From assembly GCF_045539575.1 (NCBI RefSeq), contig NZ_JAZQFM010000028.1, positions 113,687-177,686 of the forward strand: 64,000 nt of DNA, read 5' to 3'. Below, piece after piece: positions 19,874-30,208 of the stretch; position 1 is the first letter of the stretch, and every line of letters begins with the position of its first letter. The notes below the pieces were generated by a model, which ran no database searches, was not told where the DNA came from, and saw only the letters and a program-made list of their open reading frames with translations. The position numbers and the translations under genes are program-made. The DNA comes from Methanobrevibacter sp. GTDB taxonomy: Archaea; Methanobacteriota; Methanobacteria; Methanobacteriales; Methanobacteriaceae.

Positions 19874-20655
19874 TTATTATGTTGGATGAAATTGTTGCAA
19901 AAACCAGGGAAAGATTGGACGAATCAAAGAAAAACAAGTCTCTTGAAGAACTTAAAGCAGAAGTTCAACAATTAGAAATAACTCAGGATTTTCCATTTAA
20001 AAAAGCTTTAAGCGAATCTGAAATTTCAATCATAGCTGAAGTCAAAAGGGCTTCACCTTCAAAAGGGCTGATTGCCGAGGATTTTGATCACGTTGCTATT
20101 GCAAAGGATTATGAAGATGCAGGAGCATCTGCCATTTCAGTTTTAACCGAACCATATTTTTTCAAGGGGTCCAATGAATATCTTAATGAAATCTCTCAAA
20201 ATGTCAGCATTCCAATTTTAAGAAAAGATTTTGTCATAGATGAGTACATGATTTGGGAGGCAAAGCAACTGGGTGCATCTGCAGTGTTGCTGATAGTATC
20301 TATTCTGTCAATGGTTGAATTAAAGAAATACTTGGATTTGGCACATGATTTGGGTCTGTCCGCTATTGTTGAAGCTCATGACGCTACAGAAATCAGAACT
20401 GCACTCAATGTTGGTGCTGAAATAATCGGTGTAAACAATAGGGATTTGACAAATTTCACAGTGGATATTGAAAACAGTATCAGTCTACGTAGATGTGTAA
20501 GTGGAGATATCATATTTATTTCTGAAAGTGGAATTAAAACACCGCAAGATGTAAGGAGATTGAAAGAAAATAATGTTGATGCTGTTTTAATAGGCGAAAC
20601 TTTAATGAAAAGTGATGACAAGAAGGCTATGATTTTGGAGTTGAAAAATGGTTAA
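19870..20655 (+). CDS. trpC: Indole-3-glycerol phosphate synthase
   Basis: Motifs: [48 protein letters not shown] at 19870 overlaps the trpD stop; an alternative ATG is at 19879. Confidence 0.9.
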   Translation: MIIMLDEIVAKTRERLDESKKNKSLEELKAEVQQLEITQDFPFKKALSESEISIIAEVKRASPSKGLIAEDFDHVAIAKDYEDAGASAISVLTEPYFFKGSNEYLNEISQNVSIPILRKDFVIDEYMIWEAKQLGASAVLLIVSILSMVELKKYLDLAHDLGLSAIVEAHDATEIRTALNVGAEIIGVNNRDLTNFTVDIENSISLRRCVSGDIIFISESGIKTPQDVRRLKENNVDAVLIGETLMKSDDKKAMILELKNG

Positions 20656-21247
20656 GATTAAAATCTGCGGACTCAGACGATTGGAGGATATAAGGATAGT
20701 AAATAAATATAAACCAGATTATGTTGGTTTTGTATTTGCAGATTCAAAAAGAAAAGTATCTCCTGAAATTGCAAAGGAATTGAAGGATAATTTGAGTTCT
20801 GACATAATACCTGTAGGTGTCTTTGTCGATGCGCCTCAGGATGAAATCTTGAAATTATTCAATGATGATGTAATTGAAATTGCACAACTGCATGGCAGAG
20901 AAGATGAAGATTATATTAATAGTTTAAAAGAAAATACTAACAATGAACTAAAAATTATCAAAGCAATTGAAATGTCTGAGGATGAGGACTTATCAAAATA
21001 TGATGATTCTCCTGCGGATTATTTACTTCTTGACAGTGGGAAAGGCAGTGGAAAAACCTTTGACTGGCAACTGATAAGAACAGATTTAAAAAAGGAATTT
21101 TTCTTGGCTGGTGGAATCAATTCCACAAACGTTAAAAAAGCTATCGAGGAATTTGACCCTTATGCTATTGATTTAAGTTCAAGTCTTGAAACTAATGATT
21201 ATAAAGATGAAAATAAGATTAAAGAGATTATGGAGGCAATAAATTGA
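20648..21247 (+). CDS. trpF: Phosphoribosylanthranilate isomerase
   Basis: Motifs: [39 protein letters not shown]. Has an 8-nt overlap with trpC. Confidence 0.9.
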   Translation: MVKIKICGLRRLEDIRIVNKYKPDYVGFVFADSKRKVSPEIAKELKDNLSSDIIPVGVFVDAPQDEILKLFNDDVIEIAQLHGREDEDYINSLKENTNNELKIIKAIEMSEDEDLSKYDDSPADYLLLDSGKGSGKTFDWQLIRTDLKKEFFLAGGINSTNVKKAIEEFDPYAIDLSSSLETNDYKDENKIKEIMEAIN

Positions 21248-22428
21248 GTAAAGGACGATATGGTGAGTATGGTGGCCAATACATATCTGAAACGTTAATG
21301 AATGAGCTATTGTACTTGGAAGAGCAATATCATCATTACATGAATGATCCTGACTTTGTAGATGAGTTGAATACATTATTGAAGGAATATGCTGGAAGGC
21401 CTTCCCTTTTGTACTATGCAAAAAGAATGACTGAGGACCTTGGCGGTGCAAAGATTTATCTGAAAAGGGAAGATTTAAACCACACTGGCGCTCATAAGAT
21501 TAACAATGTGTTAGGACAAGTGCTGCTTGCTAAAAAGATGGGTAAAACAAGAGTGATTGCAGAAACCGGTGCTGGTCAACATGGTGTAGCTACTGCAACT
21601 GCCGCTGCACTTTTAGATATGGAATGTGAAGTGTTCATGGGAGAAGTGGACACAAAAAGGCAAGCGTTAAACGTTTATAGGATGGAATTGCTTGGAGCAA
21701 AAGTCCATTCCGTTAAATCCGGAACAAAGACACTTAAGGATGCAGTAAATGATGCATTCAGGGACTGGATTGCTCGTATTCATGATACTAATTATGTAAT
21801 AGGTTCTACAATGGGACCTCATCCATTTCCAATGATGGTTCGTGATTTTCAGGCCGTAATCAGTGCTGAAGCACGTCAGCAATTTTTGGACATTGAAGGA
21901 AGACTCCCGAATGCAGTTGTTGCATGTGTAGGTGGAGGAAGTAATGCTATGGGTGCATTTTACAATTTCATAGATGATGAAGAGGTCAGGCTGATAGGTT
22001 GTGAAGCCGGTGGAAAAGGTGTGGACACTCCTTATAATGCGGCTGCATTAACAAAAGGTCAAATTGGCATATTCCATGGAATGAAATCCTTTTTTAATCA
22101 GGGAGAATATGGTCAGATAGCACCTGTTTATTCAGTTTCAGCTGGTCTTGACTATCCTGGTGTCGGACCTGAGCATGCATACCTACGGGATATCGGAAGG
22201 GCTGAATATGTTCCTGTTAATGATGAGGAAGCTGTTGAGGCATTTGAATATCTCTCAAGAATGGAAGGTATCATTCCGGCTATTGAAAGTGCTCATGCAG
22301 TAGCGCATGCGATGAAAATTGCTCCGACTATGGATAAGGATGATATAATAATGATTTGTTTATCCGGAAGGGGAGATAAGGACGTCAGGTCAATTGCGGA
22401 ATACAGGGGAGTTGAGTTAGATGAGTAA
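21244..22428 (+). CDS. trpB: Tryptophan synthase beta chain
   Basis: Motifs: [48 protein letters not shown]. The TTG start overlaps the trpF stop. Confidence 0.95.
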   Translation: MSKGRYGEYGGQYISETLMNELLYLEEQYHHYMNDPDFVDELNTLLKEYAGRPSLLYYAKRMTEDLGGAKIYLKREDLNHTGAHKINNVLGQVLLAKKMGKTRVIAETGAGQHGVATATAAALLDMECEVFMGEVDTKRQALNVYRMELLGAKVHSVKSGTKTLKDAVNDAFRDWIARIHDTNYVIGSTMGPHPFPMMVRDFQAVISAEARQQFLDIEGRLPNAVVACVGGGSNAMGAFYNFIDDEEVRLIGCEAGGKGVDTPYNAAALTKGQIGIFHGMKSFFNQGEYGQIAPVYSVSAGLDYPGVGPEHAYLRDIGRAEYVPVNDEEAVEAFEYLSRMEGIIPAIESAHAVAHAMKIAPTMDKDDIIMICLSGRGDKDVRSIAEYRGVELDE

Positions 22429-23194
22429 GATAGCTAATGCATTCAAAAATGGAAAAGCATTTATTGGCTTTTTGACTGCAGGAGATCCAAATATTGAAAA
22501 GACTGTTGAATTTATTCTTGCAATGGAAGAGGCAGGCTGTGACCTGATAGAAATAGGAATTCCATTTTCAGATCCTATGGCTGAGGGTGTTGTAATTCAG
22601 GAAGCTAATGTGAGAGCTTTAAGACAGAACACAACAACAGACGACGTATTTGATGCAGTTAAGGTTATTCGTGAAAAAACCGATATTCCTATAGTCTTTT
22701 TAACTTATATCAATCCCGTTTTCTTTTATGGTTATGAGGAATTCTTTAAAAAATGCAGTGAGCTTGGTGTAGATGGAATCATATCTCCTGATTTGCCTTA
22801 TGAAGAAAAGGGCGAAATCGTAGATATTGCACGTAAAAATGACGTTGATGTGATTTCTTTGATTGCTCCGACTTCAAAGGAAAGAATTCAAATGATTGCT
22901 GGCGATGCTACCGGTTTTATTTATGTTGTCTCCTCATTGGGTGTTACCGGAATGCGTTCAGAAATCAAAACTGATTTAAATTCTATTCTGGAAGATATTC
23001 GTGATGTCACTGATTTGCCGTTGGCAGTCGGTTTTGGAATTAATACTCCTGAACAGGCATCTGAAATTGGTAAAATCGCTGATGGGGTCATAGTTGGCAG
23101 TGCAATTGTAAAAATCATTGAAGAACATGGTGAAAATGCAACAGAACCTATAAAAGAGTATGTTTCTGCTATGAAAAAGGCGGCTAATCAATGA
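22421..23194 (+). CDS. trpA: Tryptophan synthase alpha chain
   Basis: Motifs: [39 protein letters not shown]. Overlaps the trpB stop. Confidence 0.95.
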   Translation: MSKIANAFKNGKAFIGFLTAGDPNIEKTVEFILAMEEAGCDLIEIGIPFSDPMAEGVVIQEANVRALRQNTTTDDVFDAVKVIREKTDIPIVFLTYINPVFFYGYEEFFKKCSELGVDGIISPDLPYEEKGEIVDIARKNDVDVISLIAPTSKERIQMIAGDATGFIYVVSSLGVTGMRSEIKTDLNSILEDIRDVTDLPLAVGFGINTPEQASEIGKIADGVIVGSAIVKIIEEHGENATEPIKEYVSAMKKAANQ

Positions 23195-23267
23195 TGATAT
23201 ATGAAAAGTAAAACTTTATTATATATAAAAAATAAATATAAAACTATTACTGATTAGAGGATTATTT

Positions 23268-24002
23268 ATGTTTAAAGCAGAATTAAGTGATTCTAGTATA
23301 TTAAAAACCAGTTTTGATGCTATTTCATCCATTGTAGATGAAGTACAAATTCAAACTGACAGTGAAGGCATGAGATTAGATGCCTTAGACCGTAGTCACA
23401 TAACTTTCGTACATTTAGAACTTAAATCTAGTTTATTCGATGAATACATTTGTGATGTTCCTGAAAAAATCAATATTGACACTGATGAATTCATGAGAGT
23501 TCTTAAACGTGCTAAATCTCAAGACAGAGTATTGATGTCTGTGGATGAAGGTAATTTCATCATTACTTTTGAAGGAGATGCTACCAGAACATTTAAAATA
23601 AGATTAATTGATATGGAATATGATAACCCTGTTCCACCTCAAATCGAGCATCCAACATCATTCAAAGTTCGTTTCTCAATCTTAAAAGATTGTATCAACG
23701 ATATTGATATCTTTTCAGATAAAATCGCTTTCCAAGTTGATGAAGATTACTTCATTGCATCAGCTGATGGTGAATTCGGAGACGCAAGCATCAAATATCT
23801 CCACGGCGAAAACATCAATGAACATGCAAAATCTTTATTCTCATTGGATAAAATTAGAGAAATGCTCAAAGCAGACAAATTTTCAGAGGAAGCTGAAATT
23901 GGTTTAGGTACCGACATGCCATTAAGTTTAACTCTTAATATGGTAACCGGTGATGGTAAATTAAGTTTCTTGCTTGCTCCTAGATTGGAAACAGATGAAT
24001 AA
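23268..24002 (+). CDS. pcn: DNA polymerase sliding clamp (PCNA)
   Basis: 244 aa. [52 protein letters not shown], plus a C-terminal [10 protein letters not shown] typical of archaeal PCNA. Confidence 0.9.
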   Translation: MFKAELSDSSILKTSFDAISSIVDEVQIQTDSEGMRLDALDRSHITFVHLELKSSLFDEYICDVPEKINIDTDEFMRVLKRAKSQDRVLMSVDEGNFIITFEGDATRTFKIRLIDMEYDNPVPPQIEHPTSFKVRFSILKDCINDIDIFSDKIAFQVDEDYFIASADGEFGDASIKYLHGENINEHAKSLFSLDKIREMLKADKFSEEAEIGLGTDMPLSLTLNMVTGDGKLSFLLAPRLETDE

Positions 24003-24058
24003 TTTCATTTGTTTATCTTTTTTTTATTTTTAAACACACATTTTAGAGATGGTATTAA

Positions 24059-24919
24059 GTGGACCAGTTTTATCAACAATTGCGTAAAGTTCAAAAGAAG
24101 GAACGTAATAATGGTACATTAGCTCGTGTAGATGAAACCTTTTACAATGATATTCACGAGTATTTAGATGACCTTAGGCGTCAGGCTATGGAAGATCCGT
24201 TTTCCAACGCTCATGGAATTCTCAAAGAGGCTCAGATTATCGCAACAGAAATCTGTGAAAGACGTGAGCATAAGATTACTGATGCTGCGGTGGTAAACAT
24301 TCACAGGTCATATCATCTTTTTACTGGAAAACCTCAATTTGATTTGGTTGATACAACACCTCTTAACTTGACTCCTGAGGAAGAAAAATTCTATTATTCC
24401 TTGCTTGATACATTAAAAAATCATAGGGGTGCCATTTCACTTGAAAAATTATCCGATGACGAGGATGAGGCTAGTCAGGCAAAAACTAATGATACTCAAT
24501 CAACTACATTAGTGCCTCCTAAAAATGATCCTGTTTTGGAAAAGTCAGATGAGATAAATAAGGCTGAGGCAATTGTTGAAGAGAAAACCCAACCTCCTAA
24601 AAGAGAGGTCATATCTCCACAACCTGAACCCGTTAAGCCTAAAGTGGAAGAAAAGCCTAAAGTCACTCCTCCAAATGCCAATATTGAAGATAATCCGAAT
24701 GCAATGGATGAGGTTGATGAATTCTATGATTTGGAATCTCAAAAAATTGCTAAAGATTCTGAATTGGTTACAATGCTTGTTTTTGACGATGTAGGTCCTA
24801 TTGTAGGCGTTGATGAAAAGGTATATGGTCCGTTCAGGTCCCAGGACCTTGTGACATTGCCGATGATTAATGCAAAAATATTTTTCAAAAATAGAAAAGG
24901 CCGTCAAGTTAAAATTTAA
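24059..24919 (+). CDS. GINS complex subunit (Gins51-like) with long disordered insertion
   Basis: The N-terminal helical domain (LRKVQKKERNNGTLARVDETFYNDIHEYLDDL) and the C-terminal small beta domain (LVFDDVGPIVGVDEKVYGPFRSQDLVTLPMINAKIFFKNRKG) resemble the archaeal Gins51 A and B domains. The gene sits just after PCNA. GTG start. Confidence 0.6.
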   Translation: MDQFYQQLRKVQKKERNNGTLARVDETFYNDIHEYLDDLRRQAMEDPFSNAHGILKEAQIIATEICERREHKITDAAVVNIHRSYHLFTGKPQFDLVDTTPLNLTPEEEKFYYSLLDTLKNHRGAISLEKLSDDEDEASQAKTNDTQSTTLVPPKNDPVLEKSDEINKAEAIVEEKTQPPKREVISPQPEPVKPKVEEKPKVTPPNANIEDNPNAMDEVDEFYDLESQKIAKDSELVTMLVFDDVGPIVGVDEKVYGPFRSQDLVTLPMINAKIFFKNRKGRQVKI

Positions 24920-25157
24920 CTCATTTTCCATTAACTTTATATAACTTGTTAAATATATATAGGTGCATATCTATTTGTAATAATAAAAAATTATATTTAT
25001 TATAATTTGGATTTTTGCTGTTTGTAGACTTGATGCGTTACAAAGCAGTTTCAATCTCTAACATTTTCTGTTAAAACTTTAGTTTAGATAAATTTATGAA
25101 TAGATTTACAATGATTTATTGATTAAGCACATTTTAGTGTTTTAAAACGGTGAAAAA

Positions 25158-25436
25158 ATGAAAATACCAAAAGAAAAAAGAACATACTGTCCTCATTGTA
25201 AAAGGCACACTGTACATGAAGTACACACTGCTAAAAAAAGAAAAGCTAGTGAGTTAACCTGGGGACAAAGACAATTCAGACGTGTAACTGCTGGATACAG
25301 AGGATATCCAAGGCCTTTACCTGCTGGTAACAAACCAGTTAAAAAATTAGACTTAAGACTTAAATGTAAAGAATGTGGTAAATCTCACATCAAACAATCT
25401 TTCAGAACAGGAAAACCTGAATTTGTAGCTAAATAG
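25158..25436 (+). CDS. rpl44e: 50S ribosomal protein L44e (eL42)
   Basis: [22 protein letters not shown]...CKECGK zinc ribbon. 92 aa. Confidence 0.95.
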   Translation: MKIPKEKRTYCPHCKRHTVHEVHTAKKRKASELTWGQRQFRRVTAGYRGYPRPLPAGNKPVKKLDLRLKCKECGKSHIKQSFRTGKPEFVAK

Positions 25437-25445
25437 GTGATTAAC

Positions 25446-25625
25446 ATGGTTAGTAAAGGTAGAGGAAACTTTTTAAAAGTTAAATGTTTAGATTGTGACA
25501 ATGAGCAAGTAATCTTTGACCGTGCAGCATCTGACGTAAAATGTATTATTTGCGGTAAAACCCTTGTCAAATCTCGCGGTGCTAAAGCTAAAATCACCGC
25601 ACACATTGAAAAAGTTTTAAACTAG
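25446..25625 (+). CDS. rps27e: 30S ribosomal protein S27e
   Basis: FLKVKCLDCDNEQVIFDRAASDVKCIICGKTL zinc ribbon. AGGTGA lies 5 nt upstream of the ATG at 25446. Confidence 0.95.
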   Translation: MVSKGRGNFLKVKCLDCDNEQVIFDRAASDVKCIICGKTLVKSRGAKAKITAHIEKVLN

Positions 25626-25693
25626 ATTTCTAGTTTTCAACTTATTTTTTTACTATTTTTTTATAAATTTTTTTTATTAATGTTGGTGAGAGT

Positions 25694-26491
25694 ATGGTAA
25701 GAAAAAGTCAAGAATGGCCTGATGAAGGAGAACTTATCGTAGGTACTGTTTATAAAGTTCTTAATTATGGGGCTTTTGCTAAATTAGAAGAATATCAGGG
25801 CAAAGAAGCTTTTATTCATATTTCTGAAGTATCTTCTGGTTGGGTTAAAAATATCAGAGACCATGTAAGGGAAAACCAAAAGATCGTTTGTCGTGTTCTC
25901 AGAGTAAATCCTAAAAAAGGGCATGTGGATGCATCTTTAAAAAGAATCCGTGAAGATCAAAGAACTAAAAAAATCCAACATTGGAAAATTGAGCAAAAAG
26001 CTGAAAAATTCTTAGAATTGGCTGCTAAATCCTTAGATAAAGATTTGGATGCTGCTTACGATGAAGTAGGTTACGAGCTTATGGACATCTTTGGTGATGT
26101 TTATGGTGCTTTTGAAACTGCTGCTGATGAAGGTGCAGAATCACTTACTGAAGAAGGAATTCCTCAAGATTGGGCTGATGCTATTACTGAAGTAGCTAAG
26201 AAAAATATTACTCCTCCTGAGGTTCATATCAGTGGTTATGTTGACATTGAAACATTTGTACCTAACGGTGTTGAAATTATCATTGCCGCTCTTAAAGCTG
26301 CAGAAGATAATGGCGATGCTGAAGAAGAAATCAAGGTACAATGTGTAGGTGCACCAAGATACAGAATCACAGTTAAATCTACTGATTATTTATTGGCAGA
26401 AAAAGAGCTTAAAGCTGCTGCTGATAGGTGTATTGCAGTTGTTGAAGAATCTGACGGAAATGGTTCATTTTTAAGAGAATTAGATAATTAG
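25694..26491 (+). CDS. eif2a: Translation initiation factor 2 subunit alpha (aIF2-alpha)
   Basis: N-terminal S1 domain ([48 protein letters not shown]). 265 aa, in the conserved gene-order context. Confidence 0.9.
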   Translation: MVRKSQEWPDEGELIVGTVYKVLNYGAFAKLEEYQGKEAFIHISEVSSGWVKNIRDHVRENQKIVCRVLRVNPKKGHVDASLKRIREDQRTKKIQHWKIEQKAEKFLELAAKSLDKDLDAAYDEVGYELMDIFGDVYGAFETAADEGAESLTEEGIPQDWADAITEVAKKNITPPEVHISGYVDIETFVPNGVEIIIAALKAAEDNGDAEEEIKVQCVGAPRYRITVKSTDYLLAEKELKAAADRCIAVVEESDGNGSFLRELDN

Positions 26492-26497
26492 ATTCTT

Positions 26498-26665
26498 ATG
26501 AATATGAAAATGAATAAATGTCCTGAATGTGGTATTTATACTTTAAAAGAAGTTTGTCCCAAATGCGGCGGCAAACTTAAAGTAATTTATCCTCCCAAAT
26601 TTTCAGTTGAGGATAAATATGGTAAATATAGACGTATATTAAAAAAGGAATCAATGAAGGAGTAA
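26498..26665 (+). CDS. nop10: H/ACA RNP protein Nop10 (55 aa; absent from the supplied ORF track because it is under 60 aa)
   Basis: Hand translation: MNMKMNKCPECGIYTLKEVCPKCGGKLKVIYPPKFSVEDKYGKYRRILKKESMKE*. It has a CxxC...CxxC zinc ribbon plus the PPKFS..DKY..YRR tail. Its position after aIF2-alpha is the conserved one. Confidence 0.85.
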   Translation: MNMKMNKCPECGIYTLKEVCPKCGGKLKVIYPPKFSVEDKYGKYRRILKKESMKE

Positions 26666-26671
26666 TTGGGT

Positions 26672-27442
26672 ATGGAAACTACAGAAATAACTGTTTTAGA
26701 AGACATTGAAGTAAACAATCCTATTTTTATTGAAGCATTACCTGGCTTAGGTCACGTGGGTAAATTGGCTGCTGATCATATGATTGATGAATTGGGAGCT
26801 ACCAAATTTGCTGAAATTCATTCTCCAACTTTCCCTCCTCAAGTAATTGTTAAAGATGAGGGTATTATTGAAAACATGAAAAATGAATTGTACTGTTTAA
26901 AAGATGTTGGTGAAGACCATTTGGATTTGATTATTTTAGTAGGTAATACTCAAGCTTTATCCCCAGAAGGCCAATATTTGGTATGCAAAGATATTTTAGA
27001 GTATGTTAAAGGTTTCGGCATTGACAGAATCTACACTTTAGGTGGAATGGTTACAGGCCAGCCTACAGAAAGTCCAAGAGTTTTCGGTGCTGCAACTTGT
27101 GAAGAAAATATTGAGTTACTGAAAGAGGCTGAAATTGAAATAAGGGCTAACGATGGTGGAATTGTTGGAGCTTCCGGTTTGTTTTTAGGTCTGGCTGTCC
27201 GCCAGCAAATTCAGGGATCCTGCCTTATGGGTGAAACTCCAGGTTACTTCATTGATGCCGAAGCTGCTGAAGCTATATTAAATAAATTGTCCATATTACT
27301 TAATTTTGAAATTAATGTTGATAAATTAGAAGAAAGGGCTGAAGAAACAAGACAAATGATTGCTAAAGCCCAACAAATGGAACAAGATATGATTAATAAG
27401 GCTAATGCAGGAAATGCGGACGATTTAAGATATATTGGATAA
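26672..27442 (+). CDS. PAC2 (proteasome assembly chaperone 2) family protein
   Basis: [22 protein letters not shown]...FPPQV...GASGLFLG, with a C-terminal coiled tail. The ATG at 26672 is preferred over the TTG at 26666. Confidence 0.65.
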   Translation: METTEITVLEDIEVNNPIFIEALPGLGHVGKLAADHMIDELGATKFAEIHSPTFPPQVIVKDEGIIENMKNELYCLKDVGEDHLDLIILVGNTQALSPEGQYLVCKDILEYVKGFGIDRIYTLGGMVTGQPTESPRVFGAATCEENIELLKEAEIEIRANDGGIVGASGLFLGLAVRQQIQGSCLMGETPGYFIDAEAAEAILNKLSILLNFEINVDKLEERAEETRQMIAKAQQMEQDMINKANAGNADDLRYIG

Positions 27443-27475
27443 ATTTCAATATATTTTTTTATTTTACTTTTTTTT

Positions 27476-28027
27476 ATGAATGTTATTGTTGTTCCTGATG
27501 CATCAATGATTGTTATTCCATTGATTGAAAAGAATGGGCACACTTATATATCTCCCTCAAATTTTTCCAAATATGATAATATGGATATCTGTGAGGGTAA
27601 TTTTTATTTTGACAATTTGATTAACACTTACTGTTCTAGTGAACTTCCATCTGGCGTGAGAGGAAGATTATATTTATTTTCAAGGATTATTGATAATGCA
27701 GATGCGGCAATTATCATTGGAAAGCGTCCTAAAAATCATCCGAAGATGTACAATGCATTAAATGATCTGATTTTATTTGGGGGCAACTCCTGCAATAATG
27801 CACGTTCCCTTGAAGTCAAGATTATCAATGATAAGGATATTCCAACTTTAAGACTTGCATATCCCACAAGTCGGGATGAATTAATAGGTATGATTGATAA
27901 GACCAATTCCTTTTTAAAAAATCTGGATGATTCATTTAGCGATGATTTGAATGTCAATTTGAATCCGAAAAAGGAAAAATGTCCGCTAGATGATGTTAAA
28001 AAAATATTAAATAATAATTCCTTCTAA
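27476..28027 (+). CDS. Conserved hypothetical protein, family not recognised
   Basis: 183-aa ORF with no TM segment. Contains PSGVRGRLYLFSRIIDNADAAIIIG and IPTLRLAYPTSRDE segments. The coding periodicity is clean. Confidence 0.55.
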   Translation: MNVIVVPDASMIVIPLIEKNGHTYISPSNFSKYDNMDICEGNFYFDNLINTYCSSELPSGVRGRLYLFSRIIDNADAAIIIGKRPKNHPKMYNALNDLILFGGNSCNNARSLEVKIINDKDIPTLRLAYPTSRDELIGMIDKTNSFLKNLDDSFSDDLNVNLNPKKEKCPLDDVKKILNNNSF

Positions 28028-28036
28028 CATTTAATC

Positions 28037-29215
28037 ATGTTAGTAAATGCTGATTTTCACATTCACAGTTGCTTTTCAATGGCTTCATCAAAAGACATGC
28101 TGATTAAAAACATTGCTCCCAAATCCAAATTAAAGGGGTTGCAGCTTCTTGGAACTGGTGATGCTTTCCATCCCGGATGGCTGGATATTATTGAGGAAAG
28201 CACAGAATATGTGGGTGATGGAATATACTCTGCTGATGGCATGGATTTTGTTTTGACAACTGAAGTTGAAGGAAAGCATAAGATTCACCATGTAATCATA
28301 ATTCCAAATATTGAAATTGCACGTGAACTGTCAGACAGACTGCCTTCTAAAAATAAAAATGCTGATGGCAGGCCAAAGACTCAATTGGGTGGAGCTGAAC
28401 TTTTGGAACTTGTAAAGGAATATGACTGTCTTATCGGTCCTGCTCATGCATTCACTCCATGGACTGGAATGTATAAATCTCATGATAGCATTTACGATTG
28501 TTACGAAAAGAAACCTGATTTTGTAGAGCTTGGACTTTCAGCAGACACATTCATGGCCGACACAGTAAGCGAGCTTAAGGATTTCCCATTTCTGACAAAT
28601 TCCGATGCCCACTCTCCGTGGCCACACAGGTTAGGTAGGGAATTTAATCAAATTGAGCTTAAGGATATCTCATACTCTTCGATAAAACATGCAATTAAAC
28701 ATAGGGATATTGAAGCAAATTACGGTTTGTTTCCGAATCTTGGAAAATATCATATGACTGCGTGTACCAAATGCTTTAAACTAATTGATCCTAGTGTTGC
28801 CAAAGAAAACAAGATGAAATGCAGTTGCGGCGGTAGAATCAAAAAAGGTGTCGATTACAGAATATCTGAAATTGCAGATTTTACAGAGCCAAAGCATCCT
28901 GACTTCAGGCCCCCTTATGTTCATTTGATGCCTCTCGCCGAACTGATATCAACAGTTTATGATAAGGGAGTTACAACCAAAACCGTTCAGGGAAAATGGC
29001 AGAAACTGATTGATAATTTTTCTACAGAAATAGATGTTTTAATTAATGTATCAATTGAAGATATTGCAAAAATAGATTCTGATATCGCCCCTGCTATTGA
29101 AGCGTTTAGAAATGGGACAATTGATGTTGTTCCTGGTGGCGGTGGCAAATATGGTGAGATACTGTTTGATAGGAAGCCTAAAGAGGAAAAAGTTGTCACT
29201 TTAGATTTCTTTTAA
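28037..29215 (+). CDS. endoQ: PHP-domain endonuclease Q-like protein (EndoQ family)
   Basis: The N-terminal ADFHIHSCFSMASSKDM...LKGLQLLGTGDAFHP (PHP metal site), the internal zinc finger (CTKCF...CSCGG) and the C-terminal VVPGGGGKYG match my recollection of Thermococcales EndoQ. Confidence 0.7.
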   Translation: MLVNADFHIHSCFSMASSKDMLIKNIAPKSKLKGLQLLGTGDAFHPGWLDIIEESTEYVGDGIYSADGMDFVLTTEVEGKHKIHHVIIIPNIEIARELSDRLPSKNKNADGRPKTQLGGAELLELVKEYDCLIGPAHAFTPWTGMYKSHDSIYDCYEKKPDFVELGLSADTFMADTVSELKDFPFLTNSDAHSPWPHRLGREFNQIELKDISYSSIKHAIKHRDIEANYGLFPNLGKYHMTACTKCFKLIDPSVAKENKMKCSCGGRIKKGVDYRISEIADFTEPKHPDFRPPYVHLMPLAELISTVYDKGVTTKTVQGKWQKLIDNFSTEIDVLINVSIEDIAKIDSDIAPAIEAFRNGTIDVVPGGGGKYGEILFDRKPKEEKVVTLDFF

Positions 29216-29227
29216 AAATGTAAAAAA

Positions 29228-29301
29228 CGGACTTGGAGGGATTTGAACCCTCGATCTTAAGATTAGGAGTCTTACGCCCTTCCAGACTAGGCTACAAGCC
29301 C
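29228..29301 (-). tRNA. tRNA-Arg (anticodon CCT)
   Basis: Reverse complement: GGGCTTGTAGCCTAGTCTGGAAGGGCGTAAGACTCCTAATCTTAAGATCGAGGGTTCAAATCCCTCCAAGTCCG. It folds as a cloverleaf with anticodon loop CTCCTAA. Confidence 0.9.
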
Positions 29302-29358
29302 ATAAATATGAAAACTATTTGTTTAAAATTCATCAAAAAAAGTAAATTGTATTAAGAG

Positions 29359-29432
29359 CGGACCCGCCGGGATTTGAACCCGGGGTCTTCGGATTAGAAG
29401 TCCGACGCCCTATCCAGCTAGGCTACGGGCCC
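29359..29432 (-). tRNA. tRNA-Arg (anticodon TCT)
   Basis: Reverse complement: GGGCCCGTAGCCTAGCTGGATAGGGCGTCGGACTTCTAATCCGAAGACCCCGGGTTCAAATCCCGGCGGGTCCG. It folds as a cloverleaf with anticodon loop CTTCTAA. Confidence 0.9.
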
Positions 29433-29522
29433 TTTATATACAACAATAATAATTCTATTTTTCTTATTATATATATTTATCTATTTTATTAAAAAAAATA
29501 AAAAAGATTAAAAATAATCTTT

Positions 29523-30047
29523 TTATCCTCTTCCGGTTGCACCAGTTGAATCACTAACAGATATTGTGTCTACTGCATTTCCGTCTTCATCGTAGATTGT
29601 AAAGTACCAGTATCCTCCAGAGTAGTATCCTCCTCCGGCATAGCATCCTGGTTCTGCAACAGCACCGTTAGCAATACTTTGTGCGGTTGAGTATGATAAT
29701 TGAGTACCACTTGAACTGGATCCTGAATCTGATCCGGAATTACTGTTACCGCCATTATAACTTCCACTGTCATAACTTGAACCAGAACTTGACCCGGAAC
29801 TTGCGCCTCCATCTGAAGCGCCGCCTGCACCTGATCCTCCATTTGTGGTTGCTACACTTGATGGGGAATGGCCACTTCCGTTTCCAAGGGTAGTGTTGTT
29901 TCCAAGTCCATTACCTCCATTATTGGCAGTCATACTTGATAAATCAGAGAATATTGGATTATCACTATTTGTTATTCCATATGCTGCAACAGCTGCTGCA
30001 ATACATAATACGATAATAATTGAAATTATAATATTTGCTTTATCCAA
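29523..30047 (-). CDS. Membrane-anchored Gly/Ser/Asn-rich protein with C-terminal PepSY-like domain
   Basis: N-terminal TM helix (IIISIIIVLCIAAAVAAY), about 100 aa of G/S/N low complexity, then AQSIANGAVAEPG...YWYFTIYDEDGNAVDTISVSDSTGA, which resembles a PepSY fold. Confidence 0.55.
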   Translation of the reverse strand: MDKANIIISIIIVLCIAAAVAAYGITNSDNPIFSDLSSMTANNGGNGLGNNTTLGNGSGHSPSSVATTNGGSGAGGASDGGASSGSSSGSSYDSGSYNGGNSNSGSDSGSSSSGTQLSYSTAQSIANGAVAEPGCYAGGGYYSGGYWYFTIYDEDGNAVDTISVSDSTGATGRG

Positions 30048-30208
30048 TTTTTTCCCTCCTTTGAATTATATGTTAAATATAATATTAAAGTTTAGTTTTT
30101 CATATGTTATATATATTTCGATATTTTTTTTCTGAAATAATATATAAATAATAATAAACTAATATTATTAATGTTAGTTTCTAATTGCTAATAATTGAGG
30201 TGACATAT

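Noticed and set aside
24920-25157. 238-bp spacer upstream of rpl44e as a possible sRNA or C/D-box RNA (TGATGC ... imperfect stem GCTGTTTGTA/TACAAAGCAG)
   Set aside because: There is no proper C (RUGAUGA) or D (CUGA) box pair. The stem has mismatches, and the composition is as AT-rich as ordinary spacers.
29216-29522. tRNA-Arg pair as an integration hotspot (island boundary)
   Set aside because: I saw no integrase, no direct repeat of a tRNA 3' end nearby, and the flanking genes (endoQ, frh operon) are core genes.
29570-30135. Overlapping ORFs 29570-29842(-), 29681-29893(+) and 29845-30135(+)
   Set aside because: They lie within or against the Gly/Ser-rich gene. The GC-rich low-complexity DNA keeps several frames open. 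Only the 174-aa frame has a TM anchor plus a folded C-terminal domain.
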